Of a DNA stretch of 24,838 nt, positions 1-12,299 are shown piece by piece (positions within the stretch are counted from its first letter, which is position 1; the number at the start of each line of letters is the position of its first letter). This DNA comes from Ginkgo biloba (Eukaryota; Plantae; Ginkgophyta), in NCBI GenBank assembly GCA_024626585.2, contig JANKJI020000002.1, positions 13,033,609 through 13,058,446 on the forward strand, read 5' to 3'. The translations under genes were made by a program, and so were the position numbers. Under the pieces are notes generated by a model. It did not search any database. It worked only from the letters and a program-made list of their open reading frames with translations, and was not told the origin of the DNA.

Positions 1-7
1 CGTAAGT
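1..7 (+). other. 5' splice donor; base 1 is probably the last base of the upstream coding exon
   Basis: The window begins C|GTAAGT, a perfect donor. The next exon begins A-TAT-GAG (phase 2), so the split codon is xC|A. CCA=Pro would give P-Y-E, as I recall in plant BSD proteins (..VAPYE..). Confidence 0.65.
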
Positions 8-780
8 GACTTAAACTTTTTTGCAATGAAGTTTTTGATGCTCATTTCTGTTTGTATGCTAATGCATGCAGGGGATAAAAGGCAATAAATGAATAAATCT
101 CTGAAGCAAATCGAGCTGGACCAACTTAATCTTTGATATTGTTTTACTAGATAATTTTGAAGTATCCAGGAAAACATCATGTGGTGTAGGAATATTGATA
201 TATTCTTCACCTAAGAAGATTTAATTTAGCTTGAGAAAAATATAGAGATGATTGTAGGGTAGCTTATGGTCGAAAGAACACATTTGGAGATTAATTATAG
301 GGTCTAATGTCACAGGTTTGTAGAAACCATCTAATATAAAATCTTGAGTCAATATCCAAATTAGGAATGTTGAACAGCATACTTCATAACAGATTTCACT
401 AAAAGAACTGCGTCAGGTTTTCTATGGGAAAACATGCAATAATCTACCTTTATTACAAATTATTCCTCCCAAGACACTCAACCTCCATGAGTGGTGAGCA
501 GTTATGATCTATGCTCCACAAATGTGCATTTCTTCCATAGTTGCATGGGTTTGGCAGGGCGTGGGTGTGTTGTAGGGGTCCAGAATTCTATCACTGTAGA
601 TGCAACTTAATTCCTTTGGAGAGCTAGAGGATGCCTAAATGCTGGTGTGGCAGCCTACAAGTGTGGGTGCAGCTACTGGGAGACTGAAGAACCCATACAA
701 CTCTGCTTTATTCTGAATAATATATGAATACTAAGCCTTGGGAGGTTACCACCAACATGCTTCAGATGACTGCCAATAAC

Positions 781-1170
781 TTTTTTCCCTGTAAAGAAAT
801 GAATCTATTAATTGGAAAAAATTACATACAGTACAATGAGAAGAGTGGCATAGGCATACTCGCATAATCCTGATAATCATCATGATAATAAGGCCATAAA
901 TGGCACAAAGTCACAGGGATACTCAGAGGCTAAAGAAAACCACAACTATAAAAACATAGCAAAATTAAACAGGTGACACAGCCCCAGCAGGCCCATCATT
1001 TCCATCATTGCCCCAACCAGAACCAACCCAGCTAGCATTTTTGTACTTATCCTCCCTGTTGGAAGACATCGCCAGACTGAAAGAGGGCACCTTGCCCCAG
1101 CCATCTTGAGACTTAGGCTTGGGGGGAATGGCCTGTTAGTGGTCCTCCCACCTCTGTTGTGGCCTCAAGA
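781..1170 (-). mobile_element. Possible 3' end of a non-LTR (L1-like) retrotransposon
   Basis: On the - strand a G-rich segment is followed by a T-rich UTR-like tract ending ..TGTAATTTTTTCCAATTAATAGATTCATTTCTTTACAGGGAAAAAA. Compositional evidence only. Confidence 0.3.
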
Positions 1171-1288
1171 TGATTTCCAATATTGATTAAACACTTTGTA
1201 ATTTATGGTTGTGCCACTGATTTAAGTTGCTGCAAAACAAAAATAGACTATCATCCCAAGTGTATTGACACTTCTGTAGTCTGTCAAT

Positions 1289-1388
1289 NNNNNNNNNNNN
1301 NNNNNNNNNNNNNNNNNNNNNNNNNNNNNNNNNNNNNNNNNNNNNNNNNNNNNNNNNNNNNNNNNNNNNNNNNNNNNNNNNNNNNNNN
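1289..1388. other. Assembly gap of exactly 100 N (also 12106-12205, 15609-15708, 19671-19770, 22545-22644)
   Basis: Five runs are exactly 100 N, the usual placeholder for gaps of unknown size. Other N runs vary in length. Confidence 0.9.
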
Positions 1389-3234
1389 ACCTATCACAGT
1401 TTCGCTATCATGCCTTTAGAGATACATAATAATTATTCCAAATATGACCCCTCTGTGCTTAATCAATGAATTTGATCTTTAATGCACTAGTCTTGTGGTT
1501 CATGTCGATCCTCCCAATGTGGAAGAGATGCACTGGTGTCAATGGTAAAGTCTGTAACTCTTAAAATAGAATAAGGTCGTATATTTTGAAGAAATATGCT
1601 ATGCAGAATCCTCTGTGCTTTGAAAAGGCTATATTTATGTTTTCATTACTTTTGCTTAACCAACGATGTCATTCACTGGTTTTATTTGCTTATGGTGCTG
1701 GGGACTCTGCAGTGTTCTGTGCAGAAACTATGAGATTCAGTTATTGATGGGAAAGCATCATAATGTCACAGCTGCTGGCAAGTCACCTATGAAACGTGTA
1801 TTGATGATTTTTGTTCTTACAGAGCAAATGTTCAGGAAGGTGAGAATCATTTACTCCTTACAGAAACCTTGCCTTCATATATGGGCCTGTATGCCCATTC
1901 TAATACTCTGTTTTCATCCAAACCCTTATTATATGTGTCAAGGTCAATCTGCATTTGGGAATCTAAAAGATAGCTCTTCTAGTCCATACCCCACCTCATT
2001 GCACTTAAAACATGATCCTGAGTTTCTTCTGACTTGTGCATTCTTTTTCCGAATTCTGCACGATTCCACTTATCTGATAAAACAGAAGTTGCAGCTGTGT
2101 AAGAAAACAACCACCGTGCGTTACCTGATTATGAACAAATTATCCGAACAAAACTCGGCGTGCAGGCAAGTTACATGAACACCTTTATCATTCTATATCT
2201 ACCTCTACTACAGTGCCATGCAAATCATCCCTCTACTACTTAAATGTAAAATGGCATGCACTCTCACAAAATTTCTTATCTCTCATATTCCAGAGGTTTG
2301 AATCTAAATTGTCTCACATAAAAGCATATGATAGCTAACTGCTGCAGGTACTCCTTGGAAGCTTGAACCTTGTGTAGCCAGTCTTTCAGTATTCACTATT
2401 TGAGTGGGACATTTTAGCTCAGTGTTTCAAGCAGGGCTCTCCAACCTACAACTCCTTCAGTGATCCCTTCAGTATTGGTGGTAACCTGTAAAATGATATG
2501 CTGCTACAAACTCTTGGAAGGTCGCATTTGGATAATCGTCTCCAATCTCCTTGTGTTTAACTTCTCATCAAGGATTGCAAAGAATGGTTACTTCCACTTT
2601 AAGCAAGACTAGTTGCTCTGTAAAGGTGTAGGGATCTGAAAACAGCGTATGTGGGTACTGCAAAAGGGCCCAATAAGAACATTCCAAGTTCTTTTAGCTA
2701 ATTCACATGGCCAGAGTGTATGTTTGACTGTCTCAACCACTCCATAACTCAGAGTGTCGCACTCTTTGGATCTTACATGTCCTGTCTTTTGAAGCTTGTA
2801 TATACTGCTATCCCTTGGTGGACCAAGGACTCTGATAAACTCTTATACGTAGGGGCATCACGTATTTTCAAGATTGTGTAAATCCATCTTGCTATCTGTT
2901 GTGCCAAGCTTGAGTGCTCCATCTTCTTTCTACTCAAATAGGCATGCACTTCCAGGTTTGGCTGGAGAGTGGTATGTAAATTCGACTAAAGTTAGGACTC
3001 TTTAAATCCAGTGCGAGTCCTAGTAGAAAGGTGTGCTCTAATTGCAATGTGCAATTTATGCTANNNNNNNNNNNNNNNNNNNNNNNNNNNNNNNNNNNNN
3101 NNNNNNNNNNNNNNNNNNNNNNNNNNNNNNNNNNNNNNNNNNNNNNNNNNNNNNNNNNNNNNNNNNNNNNNNNNNNNNNNNNNNNNNNNNNNNNNNNNNN
3201 NNNNNNNNNNNNNNNNNNNNNNNNNNNNNNNNNN

Positions 3235-3600
3235 ATTTCTTCCTCAGGAACTTACTGCCCTCTTTAACAACTTGTGACTACCGTATACTATGGCTTCTAC
3301 ATCCTAGTCGCTCTTGAGTGTTGCAGGGAAACTTGCTATTCTGTCCAAGTTGTCTTGAGTATGGGGATCCTTTCACTTAACACTTGCTACAGCAAAGACA
3401 ACTTCTTCAAATTTGAAATTAGATCTTCCATGAGGCCCTTAGATGACCTGCTTAAGCCTCTTTCTTACAATAACTTCTAAGTCTTGTTACCTTCTTAGCT
3501 CTGATGATCTTTTTAGCAAGATGAGCTTTCCTTAAACAATTAGGTCGGTCATAGCCAACCCACTTTCATCCTTGTTTTGTAAACACAAATAACAAGCTAT
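3235..3600 (-). mobile_element. Degenerate coiled-coil-like ORF remnant, probably TE-derived
   Basis: One - frame reads KLL*ERGLSRSSKGLMEDLISNLKKLSLL*QVLSERIPILKTTWTE*QVSLQH, with stops at plausible former Gln codons. No diagnostic motif. Confidence 0.3.
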
Positions 3601-4439
3601 GAGGAGGAGGTTTTTCTGTGATCTTCTTTTGACCTACCAGAATCTTTCATTGGATCTGAACCAATTTGTCATAATTAGCTTGGCTTGTAAACCAACATGT
3701 TGGATAACTATCGTGTGAAGTACCCAACACCCTTGCTGCAATCTTGAACCTCTGTTTAAAGGAGGAAGCTGCTTATTTTTGGAACTATCCTTTGAAACCT
3801 GCAATGGGATTTTCTTGTCAATGCCACTTGTGTCCAACTGCTTGTTGTTGTTAGTGTTCATGAAAGTCATTCCGCTGATAGTCCCTTTAATCTTGAATGC
3901 TTCAAATTTGCCATGAGATTCGGTTCTTAGTAGAAATTGAACTTATGCTGTCATTCTCATCTTCATTCGCTTTTGTTTGCAGATACAAAGTGTATCCTTT
4001 TTGACTGTTGTGAATACTTTTCCTAAGGTATCCCAGCCAAATGCATCTCTTTATTTAAAGTATTAGATCAAAATGCTTGCAATTTTGATGTAGCACCCAT
4101 CAATAGTTATTTGATTTAAGCTTTCAGATGCCTATATGAGAGCAATCTGGACAGTGAGCCTTTGAAGTCTTCCACTGTAAGTCCTTACACTTATCCAGGA
4201 AACATGAGTTTGACATTTTGTGCTTTGCAAGTGGAGACAAATATCTGATCCCAANNNNNNNNNNNNNNNNNNCCTGTGCTGGCAAAGCTCTTTGGGAATA
4301 GAATGGAACAGAGAATTGGCTGCTAGACTGAAACCTTGAAAGAAAGAAAGAAATATATTGATGTTTATGGGTGACCAACAAGTGCCAATGGGACTGGTAA
4401 AGTTGGCATTAAGCAGTACATCAGTGAGGAGTGTCTATA

Positions 4440-4930
4440 GCATCTCCATAAGATGTTCAAAGCATTTCCAGAAGGGCAATCAGGCAAGCAGAATTCTAAC
4501 CAAGCCATTCAACAATTGGTCAAATGCTCATTCGAAGATCGATTGTGGAAAGCACATGGAAAAGCCAACTAAATCTCTGTTGCTGTTTTATGGACTTCTG
4601 AAGGAAGGTTGACAGATTTTTCCTAGAGCAGACCANNNNNNNNNNNNNNNNNNNNNNNNNNNNNNNNNNNNNNNNNNNNNNNNNNNNNNNNNNNNNNAAG
4701 TTAGAGTTGAGTATGGGTGTGAAACCGGCTTTCCTCTTTCTCCCTTGCAATGTGTCATTATTATTGGCCAACTTGAGTAATGGATTAACAACAATGGGTG
4801 ATGAGGAATGCAGCTATTGGGATAGGTAATCAGAATTTATATGCAAATGATTTGGTTATTCTTGCAAGGACCATCCAAAGTCTTTGGGATTGTGTGAGGG
4901 CTATTGAAAACTTTCAACAATATCATAGGC
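4440..4930 (+). mobile_element. Degenerate LINE (non-LTR) reverse transcriptase fragment, RTE/CR1-like motif spacing
   Basis: Ordered RT motifs: RAIRQAEF*PSHSTIGQMLIRRSIVE (~4470-4550; cf. QAGFR..STIDH), LCCCFMDF*RK (~4575-4607; cf. LYCCFVDFRKAFD), GVK/GFPLSP (4716-4745; cf. GVKQGCPLSP) and LYANDLVILA (4837-4866; cf. LYADD). Stops and frameshifts are present. Confidence 0.85.
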
Positions 4931-5663
4931 TTGGGAGAGAATGCAGATAAGATTCAAATTATACTTATCACTTTGAAATGGAACCCTGCTTTGAGTAAAT
5001 TGAAGTTCAATGAAAAGGAACTTGAAAAACACAGACAGTTGGCTGTTTTTCCCAGAATACTGAATGGCAATGTGCAAGAGTAAATGCATCCTTTACTTGC
5101 TTATGGTAATCAGAAATTTTGGGCACATGCAACCTATGGGATTATGGTATCAAGTACACGGGTAATGATAAATACGAATAATAGTTAAAACATGATCCTA
5201 AACAATGTCATGTGTTATAGAGTAATGGGTGCATAACAAGAAATGTATAGGTGAGTATACTCAATATTGCACATTTTGCAATTGAAGAACAAACACAAAA
5301 CACTGTTCTGGGTTTTTAAAACCTTTAAGCATGCACAATGTGGTAAATTGTATCACCAAGGTACAGTTAAGCTGATAGTTGCAACCTCATGCACCCAGTA
5401 AAACCCGGTAATCTCAAGCATCCAATGCTCGTAATGTCTGAAGTATCTCTGATTAAGTAATGAAAAGCATAAATTCTGACTTTTCTATCCTCTTTACATG
5501 CTGGTTTCATTATAACAATTGTATGCTATCTCTGCCCCTGGGGCTTGAGTCTTTGTTTTACTAAATGTATTTTAATTGTCTGAAAGCAACACTAAGTATT
5601 ATTCACTACGGCCTAATCTATATTCCAGAATTGTAATGAATTTTAGATGTTTGTGTTCATCAG

Positions 5664-5872
5664 ATATGAGATGCGTGCCATGCAACAACTGAAGTCAACT
5701 TCAGCAGAACTGGAAAGAAGCATAAGATTGCAAGATAACTCCAGAACCACATCTTCTGAAGTTGAAATGACAGCAGCAACAGGTTCCAGTAAGGGAACAG
5801 CTATTTCTACAGCTGAACAGGATCTAGATGCATACCTTCTGGGGGATCTTGGTAGCACTGATGGAGATCCAG
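5664..5872 (+). CDS. Internal coding exon, probable BSD domain-containing protein (C-terminal region)
   Basis: CAG|A acceptor and CAG|GTTTGT donor; open frame YEMRAMQQLKSTSAELERSIRLQDNSRTTSSEVEMTAATGSSKGTAISTAEQDLDAYLLGDLGSTDGDP. The EQDLDx(F/Y)LLGDL motif matches my recollection of plant BSD proteins (At1g26300/At1g69030 type). The exon is more certain than the product name, and the BSD domain itself would lie upstream of the window. Confidence 0.85.
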
Positions 5873-8084
5873 GTTTGTAATAGTTTTAGATGCATCNNNN
5901 NNNNNNNNNNNNNNNNNCTTATGTGGCATTGCTTATGATCATGCGCTCTTTCATTTATGGTTCTGTCAAACAATTTTGTAGGTAACCCACAAGAAAGGTC
6001 ATGTTTGTTCTTTTTCTATGGAAAGGTGGGTGACTTACTAGGTTAGCATTAAATGTAATTATGAATTTTTGGCCAGGAGTGATTGCAAATCAGTTCCTAC
6101 CAAGGTCCTATAAAGTGAGTGTGATNNNNNNNNNNNNNNNNNNNNNNNNNNNNNNNNNNNNNNNNNNNNNNNNNNNNNNNNNNNNNNNNNNNNNNNNNNN
6201 NNNNNNNNNNNNNNNNNNNNNNNNNNNNNNNNNNNNNNNNNNNNNNNNNNNNNNNNNNNNNNNNNNNNNNNNNNNNNNNNNNNNNNNNNNNNNNNNNNNN
6301 NNNNNNNNNNNNNNNNNNNNNNNNNNNNNNNNNNNNNNNNNNNNNNNNNNNNNNNNNNNNNNNNNNNNNNNNNNNNNNNNNNNNNNNNNNNNNNNNNNNN
6401 NNNNNNNNNNNNNNNNNNNNNNNNNNNNNNNNNNNNNNNNNNNNNNNNNNNNNNNNNNNNNNNNNNNNNNNNNNNNNNNNNNNNTTTTAAGGATTTCAAG
6501 ATATGTCTGCATGTGAGGGAATTTGCCAAAAACCAGGAAAAGGAAAAGCACATGCACATGTAGCTTTAAAGGTTAACTTAATTTGCACACATTAGATGGT
6601 GCCAATGTGCAAATGTTCTTAATTTGTATATTAGAAAACTGAATCACAGAATTGCTCCCAAGGATGATCTAAGAGAATTCAACATTGTTTATGTACGAAG
6701 AATACTTCTCACACCTAATGTTCAAAGAGCAAGAGTTAATCTAGCTTTGGTTTCAACTTTATCTGGATATTCTGGTGCCATTGTTGGGCTCAATGAGGTT
6801 TAACAAAACTTTAATGCCATGCTTTGGTGGCTATTGTCCTATTATTTTTGGTCAATGACACTTGGTGAGTGAGGTGGTGTCATAATGTAGTAGTCCTATA
6901 AAGCCCTAATACTGTGCCCTGAAGTGGTACATGGTTGAGATCTTTAGTGCAACAAGCAAGGATTGTGGTTGGCAGAGATCAGTAAGGAGGAAGCCAAAGA
7001 TGATGAAGTGACATCTCAGGATGGATCAGCAAATTTGTGAAGAGCAAAAAGGTGAATAGTTGGGTATTCTGGTTCCTTAGGACCATTTATGTGGACAAAA
7101 CTGGTAAATAGAACAGTAAAGATGCTCTCATTGCATATGAAGAGCTGAAACTTGAAATAAGTATGTTAATGAAATGGAAGTGCTGTATAGGAAACTTTCT
7201 GACAAGTGGTGACCATCAATAACTCTATGGGTCACATAAAAGGCTGAGGGAAACAATAATGAATATTTATCAGATACTGTGAATGTAAGCAGTATGGTAG
7301 AATATTTAACAAGATACAATGAGATATGAGAGACATGAGGTCCTCATGAATGCGATCTCGGATTATGGAAGAAACCACAGGTGCATGTATCACGAAGATA
7401 GTCTCTTGAAACTTGAAAGTCTCCAATGTGTAGCTCAATACCCCTCAAAAGCAACTAAGCTCACCTTGTATAAAGCCAAGATGCACAGAAGAGATCCCTG
7501 TGATTATGCAAGATGCTTGCTTTGAAAGTTGAATAAGAATGAAGAGCAATGCAGAGAGAAGAAATATGCTCTGTATTAGATTTTCATGATGATGGTAGAC
7601 TGACTTATATACTGTCACAAAGGAAAAAGACTATTAAATTGGAAGCCATATTGTTGATTATGCATTGAGCTTGGATGAATATTTTGTCCAACTAGTGAAG
7701 CTGGAGGACTTTCTAATAGAAGCAGCTGCTCAAAAAGACAGGTTAAATTTAACAAAGGTAGAATATAATAATTGAAGCAGCAGAATCAACTATGGGGACA
7801 TCAGGCGGTGGTCAGGAGTATGATATGCAAGTGGACAGTGAGAATGGGAGTAAAATGTACGGCACTAGTCAGTCATGGAATGCTTGAACGTACAAGAAGC
7901 ACCTGATAGAGCAATTGGCCAGAGACAGTATTTCTAAGACAACTCTACAAATTGTGAAACAAAATGATAGGATTATTGAACTTGTCCAGATAATGAGGCA
8001 TACCTTTGGCATCACACAAGTAGCTGCCACACCACCCTCTGTAATGTTATAATATTACAGGCTCCTTAAGCTTGCTTTGTAGAA

Positions 8085-8540
8085 CATGCATCTATATGCA
8101 TGAGTGTTGACCCTTAATGTGTTTCTTTTCTTGTCACGCATATGTTCTGTGAAGTCATGAAATGTAATTGACGAATTATAGTCAATACATTAATTAGTGA
8201 AGTTGGTTATAGGCAGTTGTTGATTTTTGTTGTAAATAATAAATGACTTGTAGAACAGATAAATAGATAGAATCATTGTATGTGGTGTGAGAGTCGGCCT
8301 AAGATCACAGATTGCAGGTGAAAGATGCTTTTTGCGATTCGTGGTATTCTGGATGAAATAATGAATGACTTTGCTTTTGTCTCTTTGATTCATGTACTTT
8401 TGATAATTACTGAGAGAGACTAATAAGAGATTAGTTTGATTGTGTGAGAGATTGTAAGGCGAGGAGATGAGAATGAGAGTTTTTGTGATTGACATTGAGG
8501 GAGCCGTCTTCCACCTGTATGGGGAAGAAAATTGTCAACA
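8085..8540 (+). repeat. Dispersed LTR-like repeat, copy 1 (paralog of ~13605-14012)
   Basis: Collinear shared blocks: TTGACCCTT, GTTATAGGCAGT, GAATCATTGTATGTGGTGTGAGAG, ATGCTTTTT, CTTTTGATAA, TGAGAGATTGTAAGGC, GTGATTGACAT. Confidence 0.85.
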
Positions 8541-10134
8541 TTTTTTTCGTTTGCTGTTTGTGATTGCTTGTTTGTTCGAGGACAAGAAGTTGTGCAAGTT
8601 GTTGATGGTTGGTCAAATGCAGCCTATACAAGAGTGTCGGAGAGTCCTCAGGATCACATTGGAGATTGTAGGCATTATTATAATAAGGATGACAGTGGCA
8701 ATTACTTGGAAAGAAGTGCAATTGTAGGAATGCGACTTGGGTGTCATCAAGGAGATTTAAGGAGAGACCAGACAGTTATGCTCTATAATTTTGGCCAAAA
8801 TTAAAAGAGAAGAAAAAGTTATTACTTCTATTAAATTAAAAGCATAGCAACACCTTTCTATGCATTCCATGTAACATCTGTGCAGAACTAGGTTCTGCAT
8901 TCAACAACAAAGTTGTAGAGCTCCCTGTCAGCTTCAAGACGTACCAAAGAGCATCTCAAATAAAGTCACTGTAGGAAAGTTACGACTCTTTTACTATAGG
9001 CTGTCTTTGTGCCTGCAAAAATCCATTAGGCAAAATTATGAGCAGTTTTCAGCTGGGAAATTAAATGATTCATTTCCCTATTCTATTGTANNNNNNNNNN
9101 NNNNNNNNNNNNNNNNNNNNNNNNNNNNNNNNNNNNNNNNNNNNNNNNNNNNNNNNNNNNNNNNNNNNNNNNNNNNNNNNNNNNNNNNNNNNNNNNNNNN
9201 NNNNNNNNNNNNNNNNNNNNNNNNNNNNNNNNNNNNNNNNNNNNNNNNNNNNNNNNNNNNNNNNNNNNNNNNNNNNNNNNNNNNNNNNNNNNNNNNNNNN
9301 NNNNNNNNNNNNNNNNNNNNNNNNNNNNNNNNNNNNNNNNNNNNNNNNNNNNNNNNNNNNNNNNNNNNNNNNNNNNNNNNNNNNNNNNNNNNNNNNNNNN
9401 NNNNNNNNGAAATCAATGTAATTTAAAAATAAAAAATCTTTTCTTCATAGTCATAAATTTGAATTTAGTATTATTAAATCAAATAAAATTTAAGGTTAAT
9501 GAAAATTTAGAAGGTCTTATCATATTAAAATTAATTTGGAGTAAGATTTAAGTCCTAATTTTAAGGGCCTAGTAGAAGTAGAAGGAATTATGAGAGTGGG
9601 AAACCAATTTTCTAGAAATATCTTTTATATTAAAAAAAAATAAAAATTCTTAATCAATTTTTATATGAATAACTTAATAAATGACCGCTAAGTAACTCCA
9701 CAATAACTACTAAAATAATTAAGTCAGGCCATCTGAGATATTTGTTTGAGTTGGTCTATTCGATAGAGATCTCTGAGACCTATTTTTATTCCTTCAATAT
9801 TTTTGGCAATAGACAACTATCGTGAAGATTGGGTTATAGGCATTGGAGGTTTATTATATCTAATAGAGGAGTTCTATGCATGAAGGAGTTAGATGGAGGG
9901 GGGAGGGGACCTGGTCGAGTAGACTAGGTGAGCCCATTAAATTCCAACTACTCACAAAATGAAGATGGTAGACATAATGACAAGGGGCTGCATGGTGCAT
10001 CTTGGGATGGATAAAATCTATCATCAAAACTCCAAAGAAGGAAAGACTTCTTGGGAATCCTTGAGGATAAAATAAGATTATTTATTTTAGGCAATAAGGG
10101 AGTTTTTTATGTTCAGCATAGAGGACGCGTACAA

Positions 10135-10570
10135 TTAGTAATAGGAAGGAAATGGCAAGGAGGATCTATCTTCTTTAGTAAGGGATGACTTTGAAGAAAC
10201 CCCTGGGATACTTAATGAAGAAACATCAACTACAAAATACTCATAAGAAGTGGGACATGCCTTCAACACCTCAAAATAAACTTGAGGTTTGAGGGCATTC
10301 ATGAATAAGTCATACAATTGTCAGTTGATAAAAGGAGTTTTGCATGTGTGAACTAAGGACAAAGACCTACAAATAAATTCAAAATTAGATTCATTGCTAC
10401 CCTACTTAATAGAGAAAAGGGGTTTGAGACCCAGATCATAGGGCTTGGCCTCATCAAAATAGTGAATAAAAAGGTCAACATTTCTTAAAAAGTTGATATA
10501 GAATTGGTAGATAAATAATAAAACTAATTAAAATCTTCTCCCATGAGAGATAAGAGGAAAATTTCAAAGA
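10135..10570 (-). mobile_element. Ty3/gypsy gag (Retrotrans_gag-like) remnant, Tat/Athila/Ogre-like
   Basis: With frameshifts it reads FLLSLMGEDFN*FY / LSTNSISTF*EM / VDLFIHYFDEAKPYDLGLKPLFSIK*GSNESNFEFICRSLSLVHTCKTPFIN*QLYDLFMNALKPQVYFEVLKACPTSY. This matches the gag pattern SLxGxAxxWF..SIxSF..IKQxxxES..FIxRF..FxxxL. Confidence 0.75.
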
Positions 10571-10949
10571 GTGACATTATTATTATATATTCATTATGAA
10601 AACAACAGTAATAGACTCGTTATCAAAATTAACCTTGACCACATAAACCTTAAAATATAGTCTTAGTTAGGGCTGTTTAAAGTTTTGGGAGATAATATAA
10701 GTGTTATGTCATATTATTGAGTCCAGCAAATCTAGCAATTTCAGTGTAATATAAAACAAGCATATCATGTCCCAGAGATTGTGATTAGGGATAGAGTTGC
10801 TTGCATGCAAAGATGAAATTGTTGAATCCTGTTGATACTTGATTTGCTACCTATTTCATTCTCCTATGTCAACTTCTTGATGTATGAGGGATCCAAGTGC
10901 CACGGTGATCAGTGATGTGGGCAAATTGGAGGCAATCCACTAGAGAGAG

Positions 10950-11330
10950 AAATTGATAAGCATCTTCTAAAGATTCATTGACAAAGTTCCAATTGAACTC
11001 TTAGAACAACTTGTGCATCTTTGATACGAATTGCATAAAGAATAGATTTCAATGTAGTTACTTGTTGTCAACTTAACCTCTTCACACTTTACTTGTTATG
11101 GAATAGTTTGGCCACTTGTTTTAATTTGAATTTATGGAGTTGACCTTGGAAATAATAGGAGATGCCTTACCAAATCAATGTAGATGAAATTATGTGTACT
11201 CCTTGAATCAATGAGGTCTATAGTATACTCGTAAGTGTTGGCCTTGACTTTTTTTTCCATCTTTGGTATGGTTGTTCCTTCTAACGAAAGCATTGGTATT
11301 ATTGGAGAGAAATCCATCCTATAATGCATT
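10950..11330 (-). mobile_element. Ty3/gypsy aspartic protease remnant
   Basis: SLEGTTIPKMEKKVKANTYEYTIDLIDSRSTHNFIYIDLVRHL (cf. ALxGxxxPQT...VLIDSGSTHNFI), followed by ..SGQTIP*QVKCEEVKLT (cf. GGTIxCxGKCxxVKL). The catalytic DSG is mutated to DSR. An acidic linker lies at 11330-11480. Confidence 0.8.
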
Positions 11331-11589
11331 CACCATTTGACTTTGCATCAATTATCTCCTTTCCTTCCATCTCTACCTCCTCTTCAAGTGGTTCATCCTT
11401 GGATTCTTTCATCTTTTTTTGGTACTTCCTCGTCTTTGTGTTCTTTACATATGACTTCTTCTTCATCGTCATCGTCTTCCTTTTCCTCTTGTATAGGATT
11501 TACTCGTATCGCTTCTCAGGGAGTTGATGTTGAGGTGTTCGTCGAGTTTTTGCTTTATTTTGTTGTACTTATATTAGTTTGCACTGTAC

Positions 11590-11737
11590 ATATTATTTCT
11601 AATAGATTCAATGGAAATAGTTCTGTAAGTTTCATTCTTAGTCTAAACTCATAAAGTCTGTCTATATTATTTCTGATAAATTCAATGGAAATAGTTCTCT
11701 AAGTTTCATTCTTAGTCTAAACCCATAAAGTCTGTCT
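11590..11737. repeat. Tandem duplication, 2 x 74 bp
   Basis: Units 11590-11663 and 11664-11737 (ATATTATTTCT..TTCAATGGAAATAGTTCT..CATAAAGTCTGTCT); 4 mismatches counted. Confidence 0.95.
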
Positions 11738-12299
11738 ATATATAGCTCCAACATTCTATTCAACGATCTCTCCTTTGTCTCTTAGACTATGGAATAGGTG
11801 GTGGTATTCCTCCAACATTCATGTTTGTCATACATCTCTCTTTATCGTAATGGCTTAGAAAAAAATGAATATCTCATATGAGAAAAATATATTGTTTATA
11901 ATATTTAAATCACTACCCGAATATTCTTCATTCCATAAGCACATAAGCAAAGTTGACTTTTCATCATCTATCTTTGGTTGCATTTCATAGTAAGCATATA
12001 ACATCTAACTTAGTAAGCCAAGAGAGAACACTTACGGGTATGTAATAATACCTACCAAAGATTGGCATTTCTCCATTATTTATATACTTGTTGCTAAGAC
12101 TTATANNNNNNNNNNNNNNNNNNNNNNNNNNNNNNNNNNNNNNNNNNNNNNNNNNNNNNNNNNNNNNNNNNNNNNNNNNNNNNNNNNNNNNNNNNNNNNN
12201 NNNNNCTACATTGTGCACTGCTCAACACCCACTAGGACCTAGGACAAGCCATAAACTGCCACTGGCACCAAACCTTAAAGGTAACAATAACCTTTACTT

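Larger units (their letters stand above)
2..5663 (+). other. Long GT-AG intron (~5.7 kb including gaps) containing TE remnants
   Basis: GTAAGT at 2, acceptor TTGTGTTCATCAG ending 5663, compatible phase, and no other convincing coding exon seen in between. N gaps could hide one. Confidence 0.6.

Noticed and set aside
1666-2178. 170-aa + strand ORF
   Set aside because: No recognisable motif, composition typical of random AT-rich translation, intronic location, and no splice sites linking it to the gene.
5098-5421. Possible old MITE with degenerate terminal inverted repeats (TGCTT..GGGCACATG versus CATGCACCC..AAGCA)
   Set aside because: Only patchy complementarity and no clear target-site duplication.
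5643-5858. 71-aa - strand ORF
   Set aside because: Antisense shadow of the real exon 5664-5872.
6059-6559. ORFs made mostly of X (also ~3011-3317, 9007-9426, 17153-17440, 22431-22694)
   Set aside because: Artefacts of N gaps.
11324-11654. Ser/Phe-rich + strand ORFs that look like membrane proteins
   Set aside because: Antisense reading of the purine-rich acidic/basic linker upstream of the gypsy protease.
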